From Ylistrum balloti (lineage: Eukaryota), in assembly GCF_031769215.1 (NCBI RefSeq), contig NW_026782105.1, forward strand, positions 186,001-250,000: DNA of 64,000 nt, in the 5' to 3' direction. Numbering within the stretch: the stretch's first letter is position 1; each line of letters starts with the position of its first letter. The translations under genes were made by a program, and so were the position numbers. Below are positions 1-36,232 of the stretch, in pieces. Below the pieces are notes generated by a model, which was not told the DNA's origin, ran no database searches, and was given only the letters and a program-made list of their open reading frames with translations.

Positions 1-318
1 CTGCATTCACAGCATATTTGTTATTTTTACAGGTAGGTTTTTTGCTTTATTTTGCGGATATAGACAATTGCAAAAATATAAACTGCAAAATTATTCAGCC
101 CTCACTCAAAAATCTGTATGAAAAAAGAAATTTTTACAAAACACTGGACATACAACCAACTCTGGTTCAGCAGAGCACACACACATTTAAGTGGACTCAC
201 AAACACTTATTTTCAAACCTTAAAAACAAATTAGCATCACAGTTGTCTTGTGGAATATTTTGTCTCTCCATACATTGCTTCCTCCAGAGTTTTTGCTGTC
301 CTTTCTGACAATCCATGC

Positions 319-25097
<24,779 letters not shown>

Positions 25098-25151
25098 TGT
25101 AAAATCGAGTTATTTGCGTTTGCAGCTTCTGGTAATTTTGTTCCTTTCTTA

Positions 25152-25184
25152 ACAGGAAGTACGTATGCACAGAAAACAGGAAGT
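25152..25184. promoter_or_regulatory. Tandem ETS/GABP-type sites in the putative CD164 promoter
   Basis: ACAGGAAGT at 25152-25160 and 25176-25184, 55-85 bp upstream of the CD164 ATG. Confidence 0.45.
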
Positions 25185-27840
25185 TGCTGGATGTTCAAAT
25201 TAAAACTTGCAATGGTTGTCTCCCTTCCAAAAAGATGACTGTAAAGGAATCTTCGGTTAAATCAAATCTCCCAAGTGTAATTAAATTAATTAATTTAATT
25301 AAATTAACATGTGTCTTCATATTATCAATTTGGAACACTGAATTTCTTCATTGTGAATATTCACTGTTCGATATAATCGAGATTGAGATAATTATTATTT
25401 GGCAGTCAGAAATTGAAAGGTGCATTCGATTGCAGCTACATTCTGTATCTAGGCATAATCTCGCATAGAAATACAACAAACACGAACTACATTTTTAGTT
25501 ACGATAATTTAATAGTTACAAATCAATCAACAAATTCTATAGAAAATAATTATACATTGCTAGACATATGTATCGTTTTTAACCTGTCTTACACACTTAG
25601 ATAAACAGAAGCACACTCAGTAGAGATTTCATTGAGCAAAGCAACAGTTGACCTGTGTAGATATGCACCATCCGCTATACCTCAGTAAGTCCTTGTTCAT
25701 ACTCTCACACACATATATACATATTTATTTCCTCACTTGTGATTGTACATTCTAACAAACAATGTTTGGAATATTGATATGCCATATTTTAATTTTGATT
25801 TTACGAATACAATAAATTCTAACCGAATACCAGCTAGAAAACTACCAGAAAAAACAAATGGTTTTGTTCACACGCTTATTTATCACTTGCAATAGAAGAA
25901 ATGGAAACTAATATTAGATTCTGTTTATCACACGACTAAGATATTTTTTAAATCGTTGGTGAAAACAGCATTTAATTACTGGTACAAAATATCTATATAA
26001 TAAATATTTAATCTATGTATTCTTTGGTGACGTCACAAAGTCCAGAAAGTTATGACATAACAATGAAAGAAATAGATACACTTTCAGGCAATCATGTCCA
26101 ACGCTGAGCCATATCACACAAATGTCATTCTTGAGCCCCATTTGCTGTCACGCTTATATTGATTATTGCTATCCTAACAGAATGAAACGAAGTACTCAGG
26201 GAGATAAGAATGCAAAAATGTAAAAACAAAAAAAAATTGATCGGTGTTATACCATTGATGTCAAAATACAAATACAAAAACTAGACAAATCAACACCATT
26301 TTTATGAATACTTATTCTATCATGAAATGGAATGCAGGTTTTTGATAATGCAAAACTATTCAATAAGTTATATTTAAGTTTACTAAAAGAGAGCTTACCT
26401 GATTTGACAAATGATCATACTTATTTGTAAACTTAAGTTTTGCTTGATTCGCACAATGTGATTTAACTCTAATATATCATTGCAGTTTTGTTGAACTCAG
26501 TATGAACTGTCAACAGTACAAGGTCCCCAGGGCCGGAGAGAATGAGTGGCTATATGTTCACCACCTAATCGTTTAATTACCCAGCAGACGAATCGAAGAT
26601 GCACTTACAGGTATAAATAAGATCTCTGACGTCATATATATATCTATATATATAGAATTTCGCCTCTTTATTGCAAACCAGAAAGAATGCTTACTCGCAA
26701 GGTTAAATAGATACCTTGACCCTTCTCAATACTCCATGGACGATGTTATCAGGCTGGCAGACCTACGAGTAGAACAAGGGATATCGTGTCAGTAGGAACT
26801 GATAGTAAATAATTTAAGGATGTAAGTTACGTTTATCTTATATGCGCCCCAATATCAGAAGAATATCAGGTTGGTAATGAGAAAAAAATTACAGTTTTAA
26901 ATAATTGACTTTCTGACGACAACGATTGGTACACATCACTACATTACAATATTGTGACTCTTTAACAGTTGAGATAATAAGTTAGCGTTTTGATGAAGAA
27001 CGGGAGAAGGGGGTGCATTTATGGTCGTGTAATGGACATAGGGTATACAGTTCAACCCGTTAAAGTTGGACACCACCTACAGTTTGCCTTCTTTATAAAA
27101 TCCTTATTAAGAAATGTTTTTTCTAATATTGTTATCCTTACATACATGTATGTTTTCTTTTTCATTTCACGGACTGTTATTAATCACGTGACAATCTTGA
27201 GAACGACAGGTCACTCAATTTTTATTTTAAAAAATGTTTACATTGAAGATAATCAATAGCTAATTGAGTTGTCAATAATCTATTTAATCATAATGTTTAG
27301 ATAAAATTACTTTAATGATTATTTTAATGTTATAATCCCCACTTGTTTCTCCTTCCTTGTATTATTTTGAATATATGATCAAACACTGTACCGAATTTAT
27401 CAAAATAAACAATGTTGATACATTTTGAACCAGAACACATAGATTATGCCTTTCGATAAAATCTCTTTCTATAGGACAATAGTATATTACATGTACAATG
27501 TACGAGGAAACATCGTTTAACTCGAAACAGTTTGGCTCTCGACCTCCACGCCAGGTATCACTAACGGGCAAATTAAAAATACATAAGCCCCATACTTATT
27601 TAATATCTGAAATATCTGCCTATCAGACTTAGCAAATTTGTATGGTACTGACACCTTCACCAGTGGTAAACAAATCTAGATCACGTAATCATAAATCAGA
27701 AAGAAACTAAATGTATAGGTATTCATATTCGACGAAGAATTCCATAAGGTTCCGGATAATCGAGACAAATGAATGCGTAGATACTGCTTTTATGAAGACA
27801 CCTCCCTATGACTTTTGTTAAAAAAAAAAAAAAAAAAAAT

Positions 27841-29625
27841 CTATGTAGCCAAATTGCTGTACCCTGAGCGCCGACGACAGTAGCATGCAATTCCAAACAT
27901 TATCAGTGCGAGACCAGCACCAAGGGCAATGCCACCGGCGAACGATCCGCCGTCAAAGCCGGAAGAAGAAGCGCTCGTTGTCGTTGAGAGTGGTAATTCC
28001 GTTATAGTTACTGGATTTGTTTGTGTCGTTTGTCCGGAAGTTACGGTAGACCCCGTGTAGTTGGCAGAGTGTTCTGTCGTTATCAGTATAGTGGTGTTGT
28101 CTACCGGAAGTGTAGCTGTAGTACCGTTGTCACTGGGCGGAAGTGTGGTGGTTGCGTTATTGATAGGGAGTATGCTCGAACTGTCGGTGGTTATGCTCGT
28201 TATGTTTTCTGTGAATATCAAAGAACAGAATATTTACACTAGGGAACAGTATCCCTTTCTAATACATTTGTATCCTACAGTTATGTTGTGTAGTTGGATA
28301 ATCGTATGAAGCCAACGAGATTCCAACGACAGAGCAGAGTCTCGTCCGAACTTGAGACTCAAATGGCAGAGCAGAGTCTCTTGGGTTTCCGACGATGCAT
28401 TAACGTACAGTTCACTAAATATTCAATGATCAAATACGATACCATTTAATAAAAATGTAATTATAGTTGAGAGGACGGGGACTTGATAATGAAATGTTAC
28501 CGTCATGTATAGTATGACCCTTTCTGTTATGATTAGACTCGTAAATCTATGGATTTGATGTACCATAGAGAGGTGTCCATTTTGAGAGAGTGTTGCTCTA
28601 TTAATGAAATATGAAAATGTATTTAACAACTTCTCATGCCCCTGTGCTATGGTATGTATCGTTATAGCACGGAGCTATCTCAGTCAATCACTAACACACT
28701 AGACCAAGGGTCAGTTCAACTCATAGAGATATAGGTGCAGTTACCACAGGCTTAATCTCTTATACCTGGACAGAATTTAAATACGATATTGAACACCGAT
28801 ATCATCAGGTGTTATTTCTAAATTGGGCGGGGATGAGGCACGGCGACCTTTGATGGATCTTAAATTCTTAGGCAACGTTATCAATCATGCCCGATTTGCA
28901 TGGTCACTTATTTCGAAGTACTTGCGCAATTACTGCGTTAACAGAAAGCAAATTGCTTAAGTTAAATACTTAATTATGTAGTATTTGAAATTTGATAGAC
29001 ATAAAATAGTGAATATGTTTTGTTCTTTACTGAAACGCACGTGATTCTTTTTTCAATGAAACCAGCCATTTGTTACGGGGGAAAATCTTTTTAAAAATGG
29101 GATGAAAACGTCATAAACTTCTAGTCACTTTGACCAAACTTAATCGGCATATATTGTAGCCAAGTTATTGCAGTTAAAAGTAAAACATTCACAGATTAAC
29201 GGGGTATCTGGTCGTTGGAATACAAGGCTCGCTGAGAATAGGAGACTTTGGAGGCTTTGTAAAACTAGGATTATTGTGCCTGGTCCCTAATAACACATAC
29301 AATAATATACCTTAAGGTTTCATTTCGTTCCACAAACAAATATCTGTACTTTTTAGATAATACAATTCAATTGGACTACTTGAATAAACTTTGTAACTCG
29401 ATGAATTTACCTAAGTTACGTGTATATCAAAGTTTAACAGGTACATATATATGTACTAATTGGTGTCAGAAATTATAACTGAAAACATATCAAACTGTTA
29501 TACCGCCTATGTTTCTGCCGACACACAGACTTACCATAACTGGATGTAGTAGATGCTGAGAGAACTGGAGAAACAATGACATTTAAGACAATAACTGCAA
29601 ACGAAAGACGATAATCCATTCTCAT
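27841..29625 (-). CDS. CD164/porimin-family mucin-only type I membrane protein (paralogue A), about 152 aa, 2 exons
   Basis: Exon 29625-29535 (MRMDYRLSFAVIVLNVIVSPVLSASTTSSY, signal peptide, GTAAGT donor, phase 1). Exon 28208-27841 (Thr/Ser-rich with 5 N-x-T sequons, FDGGSFAGGIALGAGLALIMFGIACY TM, tail RRRSGYSNLAT*). Confidence 0.85.
28302..28395. mobile_element. Small degenerate MITE in the paralogue A intron
   Basis: Ends TCGTATGAAGCCAACGAGATTC and GAGTCTCTTGGGTTTCCGACGA are imperfect inverted repeats; internal GAGTCTC/GAGACTC hairpin. Confidence 0.4.
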
Positions 29626-31019
29626 TTCGTCAGGTAACGTCTACAAATAATCACTTCAGTTTAACACTTAAACCGATGATATTTATAAATATTATTCCAG
29701 TGAATGGCCAAGAAAATCACCATCAACGTCATCGAACACTTACAGACCAGAGTATGTATAATCACGTGTGATATAATCACGCCCCTACATTATCAGAGCA
29801 CGCTGGTACGTACATGTATATATCTTATCAACGGTAAATAAGATAAACACATCGTCAATTTTCAGGTCCTGATTCGGATCCTGTGACAGCATCATGGATA
29901 TAACTTATATAGTTTAGTGAAAGGATTCAGTTTTTCTTTTGTATTTTTTTTGTCAGAAAACTATACATGTATGTTAATACTATAATATAAATCTGTGTAT
30001 TTTTTGCGTCAATTGTTGAGTAAATTTCCTGATATATATACCGAACGACCATCGACAGGCGGAAAGCAGCCGAAAGCCGCTTCTTCGTAAGTACATTAAT
30101 TTGTATCAAATGCTTTAAAGATTAAAAAAAGGACCGAAAACGTTATTTGAAGTCAGCGAAATTTGAAACTAAAATTAAAATATAGTTGCAATATATGATG
30201 TTTGTCAAATTTATGATCGTCATTCCTTTCGAGATATCTTAGATTACTTTGATAACGATAACGCCTTCTTTCAGCGATAATTAACCCCCACACCCCCCAC
30301 ATACCCCACACACCCCACCCCACCCCTCCGAATTTTTCCTAAAAAATATTAAGGTGAATTTGAATGACTTAGGCAATGATTCAATGTGAAAGTCTGCTAT
30401 GGATAGTGCAAAAAGCACACTGGTGAATAGTGCATTTCAATACAAACAGGGTTAGATACTTTATATTAGTGAAATAAAATGTGTAAACCGGTGATATATT
30501 ACAGGTTGTCATTACTTGGGATTATATATCAGTTCTTGGCGGATGTCGACGGTGAAGCAGCCGGGTGCCCTTGTGGTACACCAAGTATTATCAGTCTTGT
30601 GCTTTTCACAGGATCTCCATATGAATAATTTGTCCTCATCCCGTCAATTTATTTCAAACTACGATTTTGATAATATGCTGTATTGTCCCTTTTGTTTGTG
30701 ACACTTTACTTTTAGCTATTTAAACTGATCATATGTGGTTATTATAGGAAAACTAACACAGTTTTTTTTACGCAAATGTGTAAATCTACTCATAGAGGAA
30801 GATGGACGAGTGGTTAAAGTATCTCACCATTTTTATAGTCGCCGGGTACTGCCACAGAGCGGTAGTTTCACTACCCAAACCTGGCACGCCGTCCTTAAAT
30901 TAACCTGGCTGTTAGTAAGACGAAAAGCAACACTTATCTAATAAGTCTTATTATATAACAACATTTCCATACGCCGCCCTGTGAGTGTCTTTCTTCTACA
31001 TGCAATATCAGTAATTTGA

Positions 31020-31410
31020 ATTGGTGATACCAATAGTCATTGATGTCTTGAGATATTCATTGATATCATTAAATGCTTATTGAAATCACTGTATTGCATG
31101 AATTGCCGATATCATGAATTCAGTGATATTATAAATCGGGATTTGTAATATCTATAATTCATTTAACGTATTCAAATTAATGATATTGATAATTCAATAA
31201 AAAATATCGAAAATTCGAATTTGTGATTTCAGATTTTGAAGACCTCAAATAGCGTCCAAAGAAGAGCGTATGTATTTATCTTCAAATTGTGATATAATCA
31301 TTAGAATTAGTGGTATCAATAATTCGATTAAGTGATATTATTAGATATTTATTGATATCATTAGATAATTACTGATATCAATTAATCAAACTAGCACTAT
31401 CACAGTTTGT
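31020..31410. repeat. Degenerate GATATC-rich low-complexity tandem array (probable MITE interior); a similar tract lies at about 41560-41790
   Basis: Repeated (T/A)GATAT(C/T)...AAT(T) words at roughly 20-25 bp intervals. Confidence 0.45.
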
Positions 31411-32253
31411 AGATTATTAAATGTACTGGCTATCCGTACAGGCGGCAGCACTTAAGTTTATTACTGGATACTGAAGGCAAGTATTTGTATCAATACACGA
31501 AAATACTCTACTCGTATATATATTTTTTTTTTGAGTGAATTTTGGTACCACTCCATCTTTTTTTTCATTTTCACTTGTGTTTACTAGTAAATTTTACTAA
31601 CTCATTATACGTAACGAGTAGATTGACATCGTGTCTCTAATGTATTTTGAAGGTTATACAATCCTTTCTTATTAAAAATCTTCTGTTATACTTACTTCAT
31701 TATCATTGCTATTATCTGTGATCACACCTAATGCTGCTTTGTCCGTGGTCGGAATCCTATTACAGTTTCCCTGTCGTTTCTGTTGTCGCTAATTGTTAGA
31801 TAATGTTATAAGGTTATTAAATTACGAATGTTCCTAAAGTGGAAATCGTTTAGAAGATATGCTCGCTCGAAAAATAAAGCTTAGAAGTGAACTGAACGAG
31901 AAATAGACACGAAACAATTTTTTAAGGTTATGTCTGAAACATGGCCAATATAAACACAACCGTACCTTTTATTGATAATCAGCTACTCTGTTGTTGTTGT
32001 TGTGTTAGCGCTTTCGTTTTGTTCAGTCGTTCAGAACACACGTCTCTGTAACATTGCACTCTTTACAATACACTAGCATTTAGCAGAGCTTTGTGTATTT
32101 TTATTGAAGAATTAAGGCACTATTTAATAGGATAAAAGTATTGTCGATGCATTATATGGCGAAGTTGCAAAAAGGTTTATTTTACCTTTTCTATTTCTGT
32201 ATTTAACACGCAAGTCCACAGACAAATTTATACACCTACAGACAGGGCGAGTC

Positions 32254-34224
32254 ATGCCTGGAAGGTATGTATACATGTGTCCGCTGTGTGTTATATCAAA
32301 GATGGCGGACGGTCACAAAGAGGAAATGAAATTGCTTTGCGTGAAATCAGTATCGATTTTCATGGAAAAGGTAACAAAAATGATACCTAGAGTGAAGCTG
32401 AGAGACTACACCATGCAGTGTATTGGATGTGTACCGATGACTTATCTGGGTAGCCAGGCTGAGTGTATTCATGGTCTTAATTCAGACACTGATATTATGT
32501 ACGAGTGTCAGACCGTTAAAGTCATACAGAACTCCGACCAGACTAGAAACATGGCTACCGTGCCGTCTGACTATGATGCTGTGGTGATGTTCGACTCTGC
32601 TGGAACACCAGAAGGGTACACAAAGCTAAAACTATTCAGCATTCGACCAGATGAATCATACACAGAGATAGATGTACCATTGTTATGTGTAGATGGGTTC
32701 CTATCTAATTGTCTGGTGTCAGGATTCTGGAAAGACCGCCTCGCAAGACGGGACCTGTTTCCTTCACACGGAATGAAGACAGGTCTTTACACACACGGTC
32801 CATGTATTACATTTAAGTACACAGGTATGGAAAATCGACTCGACACCGACATTGATTCTGTGTTTACTTTGCAATGTGACTGGCCTGAACAGGCAAGGGG
32901 ATGGCTTACAAGACAGAGGAACTATAATTGGCCAGGCAAGGACCTTAAAAACAAAATAGAGTTCATAGGATGTCATCTTGTTCCGATAGGACACACGTTA
33001 TCACATCAAAGAGACATCGAATGGAGAATTTCATTCAACAAACCAGAACGAGAGCTTGTGTGGTCATTCAATGGTACGCAGTTTGCATGTGTTGACTTCA
33101 TGAAAATATTCTTTCAGGTGAAAATCAGTCCAAACTTTCCTGACCTCTTTCCGTCGTATTTTATTAAAACCGTTATGTTTTGGATGATTGAAGAATCAAA
33201 TCCAACTTTGTGGGAACCAGAAAACCTGTGCAGATGCCTAGAGGAGTTACTCTGCCGTATTATCATTTGCGTTGGTAAAAAAGAAATAAGGAATTACTTT
33301 ATTCCGTCAAACAACATGATGGACATCAAACCAGACGATAGGCTTGATGCATTACTCGTAGAGCTGATTCAATTTCAAAAGTTAGGACTTGACAAATGGA
33401 AGCCTATTATGAGAGCCAGAATCGACGAAAAAGACGAAAATGACATATATTTTTATCATGTCAAAATCAACGCATTATCTACCATACGACATTATACACT
33501 TAACTTACTTTCATCAACAGACTATCAGGAATTTGATCTTTGTCTCGCACACATCAACAGAAGCATTGAATATGCTGTTGCACAAGAACTATCAAAGGAT
33601 ATATGGGAAATATTTCGTGTGGAAATTCAAACCATTCAACGATTCCATGAACACTTAAAAACGGTAAACGAATCATTTCTTGAATCGAAAACGGAAAATA
33701 AAATGGTTGCTGTTGACAAACTCATTTTGTTCTTACAAGGACAAAAGAAGGCCTACCTTAGCTCCGGATGTCTTCAGTTGGCCACATTGTATTTATACCA
33801 GGGAAGATATATAGAGGCACGGGAAGTCTTGGATGATCTGTTATCGAGTTGCAATGACTCAATTGTCCACTATACATTTCATAGTCGGGACAAAAAACCA
33901 AAAGACGCAGATTATGAGATCAAATTTCCAAGACCAAGTTTGGAAGACACCCTCAGGAGGTTTATAATATTCGACACGTATTACCTACCCGTTTTAAAAG
34001 CACTGTATCCAACAACAATCCAAGCCGTTCTACAAAGAACTAAATCTGTTTTGTTTATTAGTCCACTGTTTTCCTGTTATTTGTTAAAATTTCATTGCTA
34101 TATGGCAGAAGGGAATGAGGAGGCAGCAGTTGAAGTCTCAGGACAACTCATGAAGTCTGCTGAAGCCGATCAAATTACAACACATCGGGACCTTGCTTTA
34201 GAATGTTCAGCGATGATCACATGA
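32254..34224 (+). CDS. cGAS-like receptor (cGLR / Mab-21 nucleotidyltransferase) with C-terminal TPR-like helical domain, copy 1; intronless
   Basis: 656-aa ORF; the start may be ATG 32302 (AAGATGGCGG context, fits the paralogue N-terminus). NTase motif GSQAECIHGLNSDTDIMY, third Asp in DIDSV, and Mab-21 motifs WPEQARGWLTRQR..WP, GCHLVPIGH, EWRISFNKPE, SYFIKTVMFW, NYFIPSNNM. AATAAA at 34304. Confidence 0.93.
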   Translation: MPGRYVYMCPLCVISKMADGHKEEMKLLCVKSVSIFMEKVTKMIPRVKLRDYTMQCIGCVPMTYLGSQAECIHGLNSDTDIMYECQTVKVIQNSDQTRNMATVPSDYDAVVMFDSAGTPEGYTKLKLFSIRPDESYTEIDVPLLCVDGFLSNCLVSGFWKDRLARRDLFPSHGMKTGLYTHGPCITFKYTGMENRLDTDIDSVFTLQCDWPEQARGWLTRQRNYNWPGKDLKNKIEFIGCHLVPIGHTLSHQRDIEWRISFNKPERELVWSFNGTQFACVDFMKIFFQVKISPNFPDLFPSYFIKTVMFWMIEESNPTLWEPENLCRCLEELLCRIIICVGKKEIRNYFIPSNNMMDIKPDDRLDALLVELIQFQKLGLDKWKPIMRARIDEKDENDIYFYHVKINALSTIRHYTLNLLSSTDYQEFDLCLAHINRSIEYAVAQELSKDIWEIFRVEIQTIQRFHEHLKTVNESFLESKTENKMVAVDKLILFLQGQKKAYLSSGCLQLATLYLYQGRYIEAREVLDDLLSSCNDSIVHYTFHSRDKKPKDADYEIKFPRPSLEDTLRRFIIFDTYYLPVLKALYPTTIQAVLQRTKSVLFISPLFSCYLLKFHCYMAEGNEEAAVEVSGQLMKSAEADQITTHRDLALECSAMIT

Positions 34225-34474
34225 AGTACAAGCTAATGAGAGTGCAATGTCAGATTACTATAATATTATGTTGTAAATCATATCGGTTTTATACATGTCA
34301 TTTAATAAACCAATCAATGCCGTAACGATTATGAAAGTTGAGTGTTTTGTTTTAAAATGCCATCATGTCAACATAATTATAATTCAAACAAATATTCAAT
34401 AGAAAAAAGGGGGAGGGGGCAACATTTGGATAAAAGAAAGATTTACATGGAGACTTCTGAAAAAAAGTAAAAGG

Positions 34475-35500
34475 AGAAGGAGACCCAGTGTTCCGGAAGA
34501 GTAAACGTATTCTCCTTCATCTATCAGCATCTTCCATCTTTTGAAACTTTGTGCTACTAGTTTGTCTGTCAGTTGACCTCTTGTTCAAAAATCGTGATAA
34601 TGGGAACAGACCATTCAATACAGAATCAACTGCGACATATTAACACCATATGTTTGGCATGCAGGAATGTTGCTATCCAGAAATGGAAAATTAACGATAA
34701 GGAAATAGAAATCATCACGCTTATCATACTGGTTAACGGAAAGCTGTCCATATTAGTTTCGTTGAAGGAAGATCGAGAAAAGCGTCTAATGTAGAAGAGT
34801 CTTCGTTTTTTCGATTTCTAATTTTAATGGGTATATACGATTGACTTGGTCAACATATTTCTTGTAATTAAAATACAAGACGTCATCAATATATAATATT
34901 TAATTCACTAAGGTAAAGAAGAGACAAAATCGGGACCGAACAAAACATTTAGCTTATCTAATGTATTCGATTCAAGCGTGCAAGACACAAGAGAGTTTTA
35001 CTGTATCTGAAAGTGAAATTAAACGACTTGGCAAGGTTTAAGTGACCTGTTTTGATGAGCTCTTCAATAAATTTAGCATATTTTGAAAACAGAGTAACAA
35101 GTCAGCCAACAGAGGGGCATGGTTAGTCCCCATAGGTATAGGTATACCAATAGTCTGTTAGAAGATCTTTCCACCAAACTCGACGAAGATGGTTTCAACC
35201 ACCAATTCGATCATTTTTATGACAACTTTAAATCAAACTTCATGATATTTCTGCTTTGATTTGGACGTAAAATTCACAACCACATATTTGTAACGCCGTC
35301 CACCTTTCTTGGAAGAGAAAACTGCCATAACAAGAGAACGAAGACCATCATTCAGTCTATAATGGGGTATGTTGGTGTACGGGGTGGAAAATCTTTTTTT
35401 TTTATAGAAGAAACGTTTTTAGAAGAGGGCATTGGAAGTTGATCAAAAGGTCTAGGAGTTCTTTAAAATCCACTTAGTACTAAAACCTTTGGTAGCACGA
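34475..35500 (-). mobile_element. Penelope-like retroelement relic (RT 3' half plus 3' end), downstream of cGLR copy 1
   Basis: Minus strand reads YTNIPHYRLN..KGGRRYKY..IFVEFGGKIF*QTIGIP[IP]MGTNHAPLLADL..AKSFNFTFRY..YDKRDDFYFLIVNFPFLDSNIP..YGVNMSQLI. It ends in a degenerate TACTCTTCCGGAACACTG motif typical of this family's 3' end. Confidence 0.88.
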
Positions 35501-36232
35501 ATACCACATTTTGTATGTATGTATAAACTATAAAGATTCTACACGTGATTGTTGATATCTTTTTTATACGAGGCAAAAATGCCTTCCATTTATAATGATA
35601 TTCAAACAATATGAATCATTGTATATACATTTTTAATAATGCATTTTTATCATCTAGATTATCATGTATTAGTATTCTCTAAGTTCACTGAATTTTTATT
35701 TAATAACAATTATTAGGTATGACCTCAAATTAAATGACATATAGTGAAAAGAAGGTAATACATTCGAAGATTCAATTGTGTGGTTGTAATGGAGACAATA
35801 GCTCGAGATTTACTTGATCATATGACAAGATTTATTTTGAGACTCCTTTTTAAGCTAGCATAAACAAAAATATTTCTAGGCTCCTTTCTTAAACTTTAAC
35901 ACAAACATAATGTCATGCTTGATCATATCTCAGGCCATAAATGTACAAATAGTTATTTTGTTGATCTTCAGCGAAGTAAAACGTACGCTGAGTCATAGCT
36001 TCAATCGAAATACCAAACCTGGCACATATATTACGGATGACAATAGCCTTGACGTAATATATTTATTTTAAGATTTCGTTAGTCACTGCGTAATATTATA
36101 ATACACCAGTACATGCTATAAATCGGTAGCCACTTTGGAGGTGCGGTACATGGGTATATGTACGCTTTAAAACCGCAACTCTCTGCGTGTATGATCCTTA
36201 GATAATGTAAACTTTGCTTTGGATTCCATATC

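Noticed and set aside
25612-25690. AG...GTAAGT-bounded segment that could be an exon of a divergent transcript
   Set aside because: Stops in all three frames and no independent support; at most a lncRNA.
28021-28309. + strand ORFs here and the ORFs at 47089-47454
   Set aside because: Antisense or alternate-frame shadows of the mucin exons.
35990-36058. AP-1 (TGAGTCA) and CRE-like (TGACGTAA) words upstream of cGLR copy 2
   Set aside because: Single short motifs expected by chance; TSS unknown and no matching sites upstream of copy 1.
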